Below, piece by piece: positions 36,993-45,297 of a stretch of DNA of 63,609 nucleotides. The translations under genes and the position numbers were made by a program. Under the pieces are notes generated by a model. The model ran no database searches. It had not been told where the DNA came from and saw only the letters and a list, made by a program, of their open reading frames with translations. The DNA is from Litorilinea aerophila (GTDB taxonomy: Bacteria > Chloroflexota > Anaerolineae > Caldilineales > Caldilineaceae), in contig CAMDQF010000001.1 in assembly GCA_945905745.1 (NCBI GenBank), positions 1-63,609 of the forward strand, read 5' to 3'. The stretch's first letter is position 1, and the number at the start of each line of letters is the position of its first letter.

Positions 36993-38486
36993 TCAGGGAC
37001 GCAATGCTTTACGAAAGAGTGCAAAGTCTGCGCCAGAGACCGCCCCCCCCTGCCAGACCAGCGCTAGATAGATCAGCAGCCCGCTAAAGGCTGACGCGGG
37101 CCAGAGGCCAGCCAGCGGGGAAAATTGATCAATTCCAGCCTGTACCAGACCAGCCGCGGCTGTCGCGCCCAGCAGTAAAGGCAAGCGACGTGGCAGCCCG
37201 GCAGGAACGCTCATCCGTTTCAACAAGAACAGCCCTACACCCGCACTGGCGCTGATCGCCCCAATCATTGCCAGTGCAGCGCCCACAGCCTGCCAGCGGG
37301 AAGTCAGGAATGGCAGAAGGGAGAGCGCCACCCCGATATGGGTCACGGCGATCAGCAGACTGCCCTTGGGCTGCCGCTCCACCAGCAGCAGATTGACCGC
37401 GTAGGTTGCCACCAGAAAGAGCGGAGCGGCCCAGATCAATATCCCATAAGCAGCGAGTGCTGCGCTGTGATCCTCGCCACGATAGACAATACCCAGCAGC
37501 CAATCCGCTGCCCCCCGGCTCAAGGCGGCCACAGGCAGAAAGGCCAGCAGCCCAAAGCGGATAGCGAGGCCAGCCAGCCGCCGGTATTGCTCTTCGGCCT
37601 GCACGCGCAGACGGCTGAAAGTGGGGTAGAGGGATTGCCACCAAGTCTGGGCCAAAATGATCAACACCCGCACGACCAGATAGGCAGCGCTGTAGATGCC
37701 AGTGATCGCATCCCCGGCAAAGACACTGAGCAGCAGAATATCCAGCCTGTGCAACAGGACATTCGCCAAGGCCAGACCGTAGAAAGGGCGGGCCTGTTCC
37801 CACAAAGGTTGCAGCGAAAAACCGACGCCCTTAGCCATGCACTCCTGTGGGCCAGCCATCAGCTTGCTTTTGACCAGCAGCCACAAACAGGCAGACGCGG
37901 AGATTGCCTGGGTGACAATTAACACCGCACAGAGTGCCACTACGCCTCCACCCCGCCACAGCACGACCAGGCTGGTCGCCACAATCAGCGTATTGATCAC
38001 CACCTCCACACCCATCACCAACTCCATACGTTCGCTGGCCTGAAAGAGTATTTCGCAGACCGATGTGATCGCATGGAGAGGCAGGGAAGCGGTGATCAGC
38101 AGCAGGGCGAGACGGGTTTCGGGCTGATAGGGAAGGAGAGCGGTCAGGCCAAAGACCCCGGCCCAGACCAGAAAAGCAGCACTGATTTGGACAACCAGGG
38201 CTGTCTGAAGACTTTGCCGCCGGCGCTCCGGGTGGCGGGCCAGGTCTCGTACCAACAATTGGGGCAAGCCCAGTTCGCTGAGAATCTGGCAGACATTCAG
38301 CCAGGCCAAAGCCGTAGCGTATTGGCCCAAACCCTGGGCACCCAACAGCCGGGCAATCACCAGTTGCAGGGCAAAACTGATAGCAATGCGCCAGAGGCTG
38401 GAGGTTGCCAGCGCGCCGGTGTTGAGAACAATCCGGCGATCCGTGCGAGTGGGCGAAGCGGGGGAGTGGTCGGCGGGTGCAGTCAT
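36993..38486 (-). CDS. Wzx-like oligosaccharide flippase (MOP superfamily)
   Basis: About 14 TM helices with a polysaccharide-biosynthesis-protein pattern. Start moved to MTAPADH (38486) because the ORF-track extension translates a hairpin repeat. Confidence 0.82.
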   Translation of the reverse strand: MTAPADHSPASPTRTDRRIVLNTGALATSSLWRIAISFALQLVIARLLGAQGLGQYATALAWLNVCQILSELGLPQLLVRDLARHPERRRQSLQTALVVQISAAFLVWAGVFGLTALLPYQPETRLALLLITASLPLHAITSVCEILFQASERMELVMGVEVVINTLIVATSLVVLWRGGGVVALCAVLIVTQAISASACLWLLVKSKLMAGPQECMAKGVGFSLQPLWEQARPFYGLALANVLLHRLDILLLSVFAGDAITGIYSAAYLVVRVLIILAQTWWQSLYPTFSRLRVQAEEQYRRLAGLAIRFGLLAFLPVAALSRGAADWLLGIVYRGEDHSAALAAYGILIWAAPLFLVATYAVNLLLVERQPKGSLLIAVTHIGVALSLLPFLTSRWQAVGAALAMIGAISASAGVGLFLLKRMSVPAGLPRRLPLLLGATAAAGLVQAGIDQFSPLAGLWPASAFSGLLIYLALVWQGGAVSGADFALFRKALRP

Positions 38487-38520
38487 AGGAAGAATTGTAG
38501 CATTTGCCCAGAAGAAACGT

Positions 38521-38567
38521 GAAACGTAAAGCGTGAGGATACTGGGTAATCTCACGCTTTACGTTTC
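38521..38567. repeat. perfect 17-bp hairpin of the ACGTGAA-type family
   Basis: GAAACGTAAAGCGTGAG (38521-38537) pairs with CTCACGCTTTACGTTTC (38551-38567). The right arm contains the stop codon of the upstream gene. Confidence 0.75.
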
Positions 38568-39098
38568 GCGCATCACCTTCCCCGTCGCCACAAAACGCCA
38601 GAGATTCTCCCACCGATAGAGCCTGTGCCGCCAGACAAACCAGCCCAGGGCCAGCAGCCCGCCCAACTCCCAGCCCCACAGTTCGGGTCGCCGGGTAAAG
38701 GCATACCAGTAGGCCCAGCCGATCCTCTCCTGCTCGGACCCCCGCTTGCCCCAGACATGAAAACGCCAGCCCCGCAGCGGCCAATAAAAAGTGTCCCGGA
38801 AGAACCAAAGCCGGTCCAACAGTGCGTGGCCACCGTAGGCCAGGGCGTAGACCAGCTCAATCGTTCCCCACAACCCAAGCAAAAGAACGAATAGAAACGA
38901 CCAGAGGGTGTGGGCGAAAAGCACCGCCGACTTGTACTTCTTGTAGAAATAGGCCAATGCCAGGGGTTTGTCGATCAGGTCCGAGCCAGCCGCGGCCAGA
39001 GCCACCAGCCGGTAATCCGCGTCGGGCGCAAAATCGAGATGTTCTTGGGCTAGACTCAAGGCTGCCCAGGTGTAGGCAATGTGGGATTGGGGGAGCAT
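38559..39098 (-). CDS. membrane protein, possibly DUF457/YdjM-like membrane-bound metal-dependent hydrolase
   Basis: N-terminal MLPQSH..., GSDLIDKP and FAHTLW motifs recalled from DUF457. 179 aa with 4-5 TM helices. Confidence 0.5.
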   Translation of the reverse strand: MLPQSHIAYTWAALSLAQEHLDFAPDADYRLVALAAAGSDLIDKPLALAYFYKKYKSAVLFAHTLWSFLFVLLLGLWGTIELVYALAYGGHALLDRLWFFRDTFYWPLRGWRFHVWGKRGSEQERIGWAYWYAFTRRPELWGWELGGLLALGWFVWRHRLYRWENLWRFVATGKVMRET

Positions 39099-39103
39099 AG
39101 GTC

Positions 39104-39185
39104 AGGGATTGGGGATCAGGGATTGGGGACTGGGGATCGGGGACTGGGGACTCGACGAACTTCCAGTCCCCAATCCCCAGTCTCT
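39104..39185. repeat. tandem heptamer array GGGGA(C/T)(T/C) x7 followed by 3 inverted units
   Basis: AGGGATT GGGGATC AGGGATT GGGGACT GGGGATC GGGGACT GGGGACT (39104-39152). A 12-nt spacer follows. Then AGTCCCC AATCCCC AGTCTCT (39165-39185). Confidence 0.85.
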
Positions 39186-39187
39186 GA

Positions 39188-40153
39188 TTACAACCCTCTC
39201 TCCCCCCGCACATACGGCTCGCCCAGGGCAGCCGGCGCGCCCAGCCGTTTGCGGGCGGCGGCCCGGCTGCCGATCATCAGGGCGATGATTGTGAGGAGAT
39301 AGGGAACCATTTGCAGAAAGAAGCCGAAATTGGAGTTGATAAAGAGCGGATTCGTGAAGCCCAAAAGCAACGGAACCCCTTGCAGGTCGAGAATAGCCCG
39401 ACGCAGCGCGCCAAATAGGTAGGCCCCCAGCGCAGCTCGCCAGGGATTCCACTGGGCAAAGATGACCAGCCCGATGGCGATCCAGCCCTGGCCGGAGGTG
39501 GTCTGGGCACTGTACCAGCCCGGCGAGACCGAAAGGCTGATGGTCGCGCCGGCCAGCCCGGCCAGACAGCCACCGATAAAGACATACAAATAGCGGGTGC
39601 GATATACGTCGACGCCCATTGTGTCCGCGGCCGCAGGCTTCTCTCCCACCGCGCGCAGATGCAGACCGGGCCGGGTCTTGTGGATATAATACCAGACCAG
39701 CGGGGTGAAGAGATAGCCGAAATAGACCAGAGGGCTGTGATCCGCAAAGAAAGTCGGACCGACGAAGGGAATCGCAGCCAGACCGGGAATACTCACATCT
39801 GGGATCAGCGCGGCTGTCTGCCCGGTCAGCCCATTGCCCAACACCAGCGCCAGCCCCGTGCCTAGAAATGTCAGGGATAACCCGCTCACCACCTGATCCG
39901 CCTGGAAATGGATCGTCACCAGCCCGTGGGCCAGACTGAGCACCCCCCCAGCCAACATCGCCATCAGCAGCCCCAGCCAGGGGTTGCCGGTACTCAGCGC
40001 CGTGCCAAAGCCCGCCATCGCCCCGATCAGCATCATTCCTTCCACGCCCAGATTGAGAATGCCGGCCCGCTCGGAGAGGATTTCACCGATACCCGCAAAG
40101 AGCAGAATCGTGCCGGTTGCCAACCCCGCGTGCAAGATAATTTCCAAGTTCAT
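39188..40153 (-). CDS. ABC transporter permease (BMP/nucleoside-type, BPD_transp_2 family)
   Basis: GIGEILSERAGILNLGVEGMM N-terminal signature. Start moved to the ATG at 40153. Confidence 0.9.
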   Translation of the reverse strand: MNLEIILHAGLATGTILLFAGIGEILSERAGILNLGVEGMMLIGAMAGFGTALSTGNPWLGLLMAMLAGGVLSLAHGLVTIHFQADQVVSGLSLTFLGTGLALVLGNGLTGQTAALIPDVSIPGLAAIPFVGPTFFADHSPLVYFGYLFTPLVWYYIHKTRPGLHLRAVGEKPAAADTMGVDVYRTRYLYVFIGGCLAGLAGATISLSVSPGWYSAQTTSGQGWIAIGLVIFAQWNPWRAALGAYLFGALRRAILDLQGVPLLLGFTNPLFINSNFGFFLQMVPYLLTIIALMIGSRAAARKRLGAPAALGEPYVRGERGL

Positions 40154-40186
40154 AGCGCGGCTCCTCCGGCAAAGGCTTTTTGAGCC

Positions 40187-40250
40187 ACTGATGAACACTG
40201 ATAAACGCTGATAGATTTATCTCTCGGCGTTTCTGCGCCTTTGCGGGAGA
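40187..40250. repeat. intercistronic dispersed repeat (CTGATRAAC decamers plus a TCTGCGCCTTTGCGGG module)
   Basis: ctgatgaacactgataaacgctgatagatttatctctcggcgtttctgcgcctttgcgggag. Confidence 0.5.
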
Positions 40251-40271
40251 AAAATTCATTTTGCAGGAATT

Positions 40272-41381
40272 TCATGCGGCTTCCTCCACAGGGGCGGTGC
40301 GGATCAGGCGCACATTATAACGCAGCAGTACATCGCTGCTGATGACGGCGAAGAGGACAAAGCCCTGGATCATCTGGGAGATGCCCGATGGCTGCACCTC
40401 CCGTCCCGCCACGATCAGCGCCCCAAAGAGAATCGAGACGAGGATAACAGCAAAGGGGTTCAGCTTCGCCAGCCAGGCCACAATAATGCCAGTGAAGCCG
40501 TAGCCCGGTGAGATGCGCTCCTGCAGGCGATGGACGACGCCACTCACCTCCGCCATCCCGGCCAGACCGGCCAGCGCGCCGGAAAACATCATCACCAGCA
40601 CGACATTGCGGGCGATGTTCAGTCCGGCGTAGCGGGCCGCGTTCGGGTTGTCGCCAATCAGCCGGATTTCGTAGCCCCAGCGGCTGCGGCTCAACACCCA
40701 CCAGACGACAATCGCCGCCACCAGCCCGAAGATGACGCCCAGATGGAGGGTGATACCGGAAAAGGCTTTGTACTGGCGGGCGTAGTCAGAAAGCCGAGGC
40801 AACCAGGCCGTCTTCTCAAAGGTGGGTGTCATCTGGAAACCCGCGTCGCTCCAGCGGTCGAAAATCCAATAGTTGTTCCACAAAATCGCCACGTAGTTGA
40901 GCATCAGCGTGCTGATGATTTCGTTGACATCAAATTTGGCTTTCAAATAGCCGGGAATAAAGCCCCAAATCGCCCCGCCGATCATCCCCATTACAACCAT
41001 CACCGTCAGCACCAGCCATTTCGGGCTTTCCGGCGGCAGAATCGGCACCAGCACAACCAGGCTGGCAAAGAACGCTCCCAGATAGAACTGCCCTTCTGCG
41101 CCGATGTTCCACAGTTTCATTTTGAAGGCGACCGCACAGGCCAGCCCTACCATTATCAGCGGCGTAGCTTTGACAATTGTGTCGGAGAAAGCGGGCCAAC
41201 TGCCAAAGGTAGCTTTGAAGAAGAACTGGTAGACGACGAATGGGTTGGCCCCGATCAGGGCCAGCACCACCCCGCTGACAATCAGCGCAGCGATCACCGA
41301 ACCGAGCGACGTGGCCGCAGGCAGCCAGCCAGGGATTTCGTCTGTGCGTTTTTCGATATAGAGCGTAAAAGGCAATCGCAT
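40272..41381 (-). CDS. ABC transporter permease (BMP/nucleoside-type)
   Basis: BPD_transp_2-like. GAGGAAG RBS before the ATG at 41381; the ORF track starts at a TTG at 41393. Confidence 0.9.
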   Translation of the reverse strand: MRLPFTLYIEKRTDEIPGWLPAATSLGSVIAALIVSGVVLALIGANPFVVYQFFFKATFGSWPAFSDTIVKATPLIMVGLACAVAFKMKLWNIGAEGQFYLGAFFASLVVLVPILPPESPKWLVLTVMVVMGMIGGAIWGFIPGYLKAKFDVNEIISTLMLNYVAILWNNYWIFDRWSDAGFQMTPTFEKTAWLPRLSDYARQYKAFSGITLHLGVIFGLVAAIVVWWVLSRSRWGYEIRLIGDNPNAARYAGLNIARNVVLVMMFSGALAGLAGMAEVSGVVHRLQERISPGYGFTGIIVAWLAKLNPFAVILVSILFGALIVAGREVQPSGISQMIQGFVLFAVISSDVLLRYNVRLIRTAPVEEAA

Positions 41382-41429
41382 AGGCTTCCTCAACTGCGCA
41401 AGACCTACTTTTGTAATGCGCCACTACCC

Positions 41430-41485
41430 CGTAGTGCGTGGTGCGTGCGCTGGTAGTGATGTTGGTTCACGCACCACGTACTACG
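41430..41485. repeat. 18-bp hairpin of the CGTGGTG-type family
   Basis: cgtagtgcgtggtgcgtg (41430-41447) faces cacgcaccacgtactacg (41468-41485), with 1 mismatch. Confidence 0.75.
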
Positions 41486-41498
41486 CTGATTTTAGATT

Positions 41499-43025
41499 TC
41501 ACGCCACTTTTTTCTCTGTCCCCATCATCATCAGCCCAATCTCTTCCACACTGGCTGTTACACCGTCTACCACACCCATCACCCGCCCGTCGAAGAGGAC
41601 GGCGATGCGGTCGCTGAGGGTGAGCAGCTCCTCCAACTCCTCCGAAATGAGGAGGATGGCCGCGCCGTGCCGCCGCTGGTCGAGCAGATGCTCCTGAATC
41701 GCCTCCACCGCGCCCACATCCAGCCCCCGGGTGGGCTGAACCGCCACAATCAGCCGGGGGTTGGCCGTAATTTCTCTGGACAAAATCACCTTTTGCAGAT
41801 TGCCGCCGGAGAGCTTGCGAGCCTGGGTACGCACGCTGGGGGCCAGAATGTCGTAGGTCTTTTTGAGATTCTGGGCGTAGCTGGTGGCCTGGGCCGCGTC
41901 AATCGTCGCGCCGTTGCCGATGGGCGCAGAGCGGTAGTGCTTCATAATCACATTGTCGGTGATGGTCAAGTTGGGCGCGGAGCCGACCCGGGTGCGGTCT
42001 TCCGGGATGTGGGAGACACCGGCGTGGATGGCCTCGATGGGTGGTCGGTTTGCCACTTCCCGGCCATCCACCTGCACGCTGCCGCTCTCGCACTCTCGCA
42101 GGCCGGTGATGCACTCGGCCAGTTCGCTCTGGCCGTTGCCCGCCACCCCGGCGATGCCCAGAATCTCGCCGGCCCGGATGTTCAGATTGACCCCGCGCAG
42201 GGCGGGCGCGCCTTTGTTGTTGGACGCCTGAAGATTCTTCACATCCAAGATTATGTTGCCCGGTTCCTGGGCAGCCTTCTTCACCGCAAAGACCACATCC
42301 CGGCCTACCATCAGCTGGGCCAGTTTGGCTGCATTCAACCCGGCCATCGGCAGCCCCTCCGCGGTCACTTTGCCCTTGCGTAGCACAGTGATGCGGTCGG
42401 CCACCTGTTCCACTTCGTGGAGCTTGTGGCTGATGAAAATAATGGACTTTCCCTGGGCCACCAGCGAGCGCATAGTCTGGATAAATTCGGCGATCTCTGC
42501 CGGGGCCAGCACAGCCGTTGGCTCGTCAAAAATGAGGACATTTGCGCCCCGGTAGAGGGTTTTCAAAATCTCCACCCGCTGCTGCTCGCCCACAGCCAAC
42601 TGCCAGATTTGGGCGGTGGGGTCCACGCGCAGACCGAACTGATCCTGCAGAGCGATGACTTTGCGGTCATATTCGGGCAGATTCATCCAGAAGCGCGGCG
42701 TGTCCAATCCCAGGAGGATATTCTCTGTGACGGTCTGGGTGGGGACGAGCATAAAGTGCTGATGCACCATCCCGATACCGGCGGCGATGGCGTCTTTGGG
42801 GGAGTTGAAGCTGACCGGCTTGCCGTTGACCCGAATCACGCCGGAGGTGGGCTTATAGAGGCCAGAGAGCGCGCTCATCAGCGTACTTTTGCCCGCGCCG
42901 TTCTCGCCCAGCAGCGCGTGGATTTCGCCCTGCTTCAGGGTGAAATTCACCCGATCATTCGCCAGCACGCCGGGGAAGCGGATGACGATATTTTCCATCT
43001 GCACGGCAAAGGGGGTGTCGGGCAT
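41499..43025 (-). CDS. ABC transporter ATP-binding protein with duplicated ATPase domains (sugar/nucleoside type)
   Basis: Two nucleotide-binding domains: GENGAGKST and GVAGNGQSE Walker A motifs, LSGGNLQK signature. 508 aa. Confidence 0.95.
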   Translation of the reverse strand: MPDTPFAVQMENIVIRFPGVLANDRVNFTLKQGEIHALLGENGAGKSTLMSALSGLYKPTSGVIRVNGKPVSFNSPKDAIAAGIGMVHQHFMLVPTQTVTENILLGLDTPRFWMNLPEYDRKVIALQDQFGLRVDPTAQIWQLAVGEQQRVEILKTLYRGANVLIFDEPTAVLAPAEIAEFIQTMRSLVAQGKSIIFISHKLHEVEQVADRITVLRKGKVTAEGLPMAGLNAAKLAQLMVGRDVVFAVKKAAQEPGNIILDVKNLQASNNKGAPALRGVNLNIRAGEILGIAGVAGNGQSELAECITGLRECESGSVQVDGREVANRPPIEAIHAGVSHIPEDRTRVGSAPNLTITDNVIMKHYRSAPIGNGATIDAAQATSYAQNLKKTYDILAPSVRTQARKLSGGNLQKVILSREITANPRLIVAVQPTRGLDVGAVEAIQEHLLDQRRHGAAILLISEELEELLTLSDRIAVLFDGRVMGVVDGVTASVEEIGLMMMGTEKKVA

Positions 43026-43083
43026 GGGAGGGCCTCGGCATTTATATTGACATCGCTGCGGGGAAGATCGATCTCAGTGGAAA

Positions 43084-43136
43084 CGTGAAGCGTGAAACGT
43101 GAAATCAGACCCCGATCTCACGTTTCACGCTTCACG
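43084..43136. repeat. perfect 19-bp hairpin of the ACGTGAA-type family
   Basis: CGTGAAGCGTGAAACGTGA (43084-43102) pairs with TCACGTTTCACGCTTCACG (43118-43136), with a 15-nt loop. Confidence 0.85.
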
Positions 43137-43147
43137 CATCAGCCAAT

Positions 43148-44437
43148 TTAATCCAACTTCGGCAGTTCCGCGGTCACATTCTCATTCCACCAGTACATAC
43201 AGGTGGTGCAGGGGCTGCCAAACTGGGCGAAGCCGTCCAGGTCGCTCTGCTCCAGGCTCACGCCCTCGGCCAGGACTTGGTTGCCCTGGTTGTCGGTGAT
43301 GGGGCCTTTGAAGACATCGAAGCGGGTGAATTCGCCGGCCAGCATCGCGGCCAAAGTGTCCTTGACCAGTTGTAGGTCTTCGGCGGGCAGATCGGCCAGA
43401 CCCGGCTGCAGCGTCTCGCCTTCCATAAAGCCGTAAAGACCCATCGCGCCGCTGTCCGCCTCGAAGTATTCCCAGCCGCCTACCCACGTGCCGGCTTTGG
43501 ATTCTTCGACGATGCGAGCGTAGACTGTGCCCCAATTCCAGTACATGGAAGTCAGACAGGCATCAATCGTGCAGTTGCCGGAGTAGTCGTAGGTGATGCC
43601 CCACTTGCCTTCGGGGGCAGCCTCTGCCGGGGCCGGGGTGTCCGCGCCGGTCATCACCACCTGTGCGCCGCCATCAAAGAGGGAGGAAGCGGCTTCCTTC
43701 TCCACAATCGGGTCGTGCCAGGTGAAGATCCAGCGCACATCGACGGTGCATTCCGGGCAGGTCTTCTGTGCGCCCAGGGCAAAAGCGTTGCCCAGACGCA
43801 GCTCTTCCGGGATGGGGAAGGTGGCGATGTAGCCCAATTTGGGATTCCCGTCCATCATCGCCCGGCTGCCGGCCAGCATACCGGCCAGATACTTCATATC
43901 TTCCATCGCGCCCATCAGATTGCCAAAGTTGGCTTCATTGGACTTGAAACCGCTGATGTGGATGATGTCCACATCGGGGAACTCTTCGGCCACAATTTCC
44001 GAGGCGTCCATAAAGCCGAAGGAGGTGGTGAAGATCACATCAAAGCCTTTGCGGGCCAGGGAGCGGATGACCTGCTCGGCGTCGCCACCCTCAGCCACAT
44101 TTTCAATGTAGGCCGTGTGAACGTCGGCCACATTGTCCTGGACGTATTGGCGGCCTACATCGTGGGCCTGGGTCCAGCCACCGTCGTCGTGGGGGCCAAC
44201 GTAGACAAAGGCCACATTGTATTTGCCTTCCATGACATCGGGGATCTGCACGCCGTCGCTGGGCGCAGCAGCCGGGGCTTCGGCGGCTGCAGGAGCCGCC
44301 GCCGCGGGAGCCGCTGCCGCAGCAGGAGCTTCTGCGGCTGGGGCCGCCGAAGGCGCGGCTGGCGCGGCGCAGGCACTGAAGATCAGCGCAAACGCGGCCA
44401 GGATACCGAAAAGCATACCTAATCGAGCCTTACTCAT
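43148..44437 (-). CDS. BMP-family (PnrA/Med-like) ABC transporter substrate-binding lipoprotein
   Basis: AAGGAGA RBS. Lipobox IFSAC. An A/P-rich linker, then KYNVAFVYVGPHDDGGWTQAH, typical of basic membrane protein family binding proteins. Confidence 0.9.
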   Translation of the reverse strand: MSKARLGMLFGILAAFALIFSACAAPAAPSAAPAAEAPAAAAAPAAAAPAAAEAPAAAPSDGVQIPDVMEGKYNVAFVYVGPHDDGGWTQAHDVGRQYVQDNVADVHTAYIENVAEGGDAEQVIRSLARKGFDVIFTTSFGFMDASEIVAEEFPDVDIIHISGFKSNEANFGNLMGAMEDMKYLAGMLAGSRAMMDGNPKLGYIATFPIPEELRLGNAFALGAQKTCPECTVDVRWIFTWHDPIVEKEAASSLFDGGAQVVMTGADTPAPAEAAPEGKWGITYDYSGNCTIDACLTSMYWNWGTVYARIVEESKAGTWVGGWEYFEADSGAMGLYGFMEGETLQPGLADLPAEDLQLVKDTLAAMLAGEFTRFDVFKGPITDNQGNQVLAEGVSLEQSDLDGFAQFGSPCTTCMYWWNENVTAELPKLD

Positions 44438-44576
44438 AGGATTCTCCTTGGAGGTTGAAGTGGAACGGAACGAAGAACGGCATCACAAAAAACAAGAAAT
44501 GGTCGATTGAAAAGCCGCAGACGTTGGGGAAAGAAAAGCGCCTGTGCTTCTCAGCAGTGTAGAAAATCTATACGCG

Positions 44577-44605
44577 ACTATACCCCAGCCCCTCAAGAAT
44601 GTCAA
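44577..44605 (-). promoter_or_regulatory. consensus sigma70-type promoter of the BMP ABC operon
   Basis: Minus strand: TTGACA (44605-44600), 17-nt spacer, TATAGT (44582-44577). About 140 nt upstream of the binding-protein start. Confidence 0.55.
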
Positions 44606-44674
44606 CGCTGGCAGGGGAAAAAAGGAGGTTGACCGGGTAGTAGAGCTTGGCGGAAATATCGAGGCTAATTCGGA

Positions 44675-44711
44675 CGTGGTGCGTGAACTGGTACACGAAC
44701 CACGCACCACG
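44675..44711. repeat. 11-bp hairpin of the CGTGGTG-type family
   Basis: cgtggtgcgtg (44675-44685) pairs with cacgcaccacg (44701-44711). Confidence 0.6.
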
Positions 44712-44787
44712 AGAAGTGCATGGATACTTCCGTCGTGCTGTTTCTGCAAATTGACCCTTCGGCTTCTTGCGACAGGTCAAAGAAAAC

Positions 44788-44823
44788 GAAAAGGGCGAGG
44801 AGAATCGTTTCCCCCGCCCTTTT
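44788..44823 (-). terminator. rho-independent terminator after the unknown two-gene operon
   Basis: aaaagggcg (44788-44796) pairs with cgccctttt (44815-44823). On the minus strand it is followed by CGTTTTCTTT. Confidence 0.6.
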
Positions 44824-44854
44824 CTGCCTATTTCGTTTCTGCTTCTGCACACAT

Positions 44855-45295
44855 CTACCGCACAGGCCGAAGCCCCAGATAGACCTGCCGCCCGCCCAGG
44901 GTCGCCAGAATCGTGCGGGCCGGTTTCCAGGGCAAAATCTGGCCCAGTTCGTTGGGTGTCAGGGGTGTGTTGTCGTTGGCGAGAAAGACCCGGAAGCAGG
45001 CTGCGCCGATGGGCAGATGCTCGTTGATGAAGTCCGGGTCGTTGGCGCAGCGGGTGCGCAGACACTCCCACAGCGCGTCTGTGCGGTGAACTTCTCCGGT
45101 CTCCGGGTCCACCCAATCCACATTTTCCGTATTGCGGTGATTGGCAAAGCGATCCCGACATTCGGCGCACAACTGATCCCGCAGGTAGAGACGAAAATCC
45201 CGCCCGCTCTCTTCCCACCAGGCGTAGTCGATGTGAAATTTGGTGTCCGCATCCGGTCGGAAGCGGCTGATGTCTGGTCTGGCAGCAGGGGCCAT
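44855..45295 (-). CDS. hypothetical protein with CxxC...CxxxxC cysteines
   Basis: 146 aa with CAEC and CLRTRC motifs. ATG at 45295 is preceded by GGAGGT lying within the end of the upstream gene. No family recognised. Confidence 0.6.
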   Translation of the reverse strand: MAPAARPDISRFRPDADTKFHIDYAWWEESGRDFRLYLRDQLCAECRDRFANHRNTENVDWVDPETGEVHRTDALWECLRTRCANDPDFINEHLPIGAACFRVFLANDNTPLTPNELGQILPWKPARTILATLGGRQVYLGLRPVR

Positions 45296-45297
45296 TG

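Noticed and set aside
39104-39185. Whether the short tandem arrays here and at 4041, 43084, 48404 and 49745 could be CRISPR arrays
   Set aside because: The units are only 7-8 nt and directly abutting, with no spacers. Each array is paired with its own inverted copy. No cas genes are in the window.
39079-39302. Small plus-strand ORFs reading GDWGLGIGDWGL, and the N-terminal ORF-track extensions at 38555 and 61178
   Set aside because: These are translations of the heptamer, hairpin and 13-mer repeats (for example KGKAKGKGKRERQK). The real starts downstream have RBSs or family-typical N-termini.
44438-44576. A possible riboswitch in the ~140-nt leader of the BMP (nucleoside-type) ABC operon
   Set aside because: I recognised no purine, preQ1, c-di-GMP or other known riboswitch core. 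It may simply be a structured leader. An Infernal scan would settle it.
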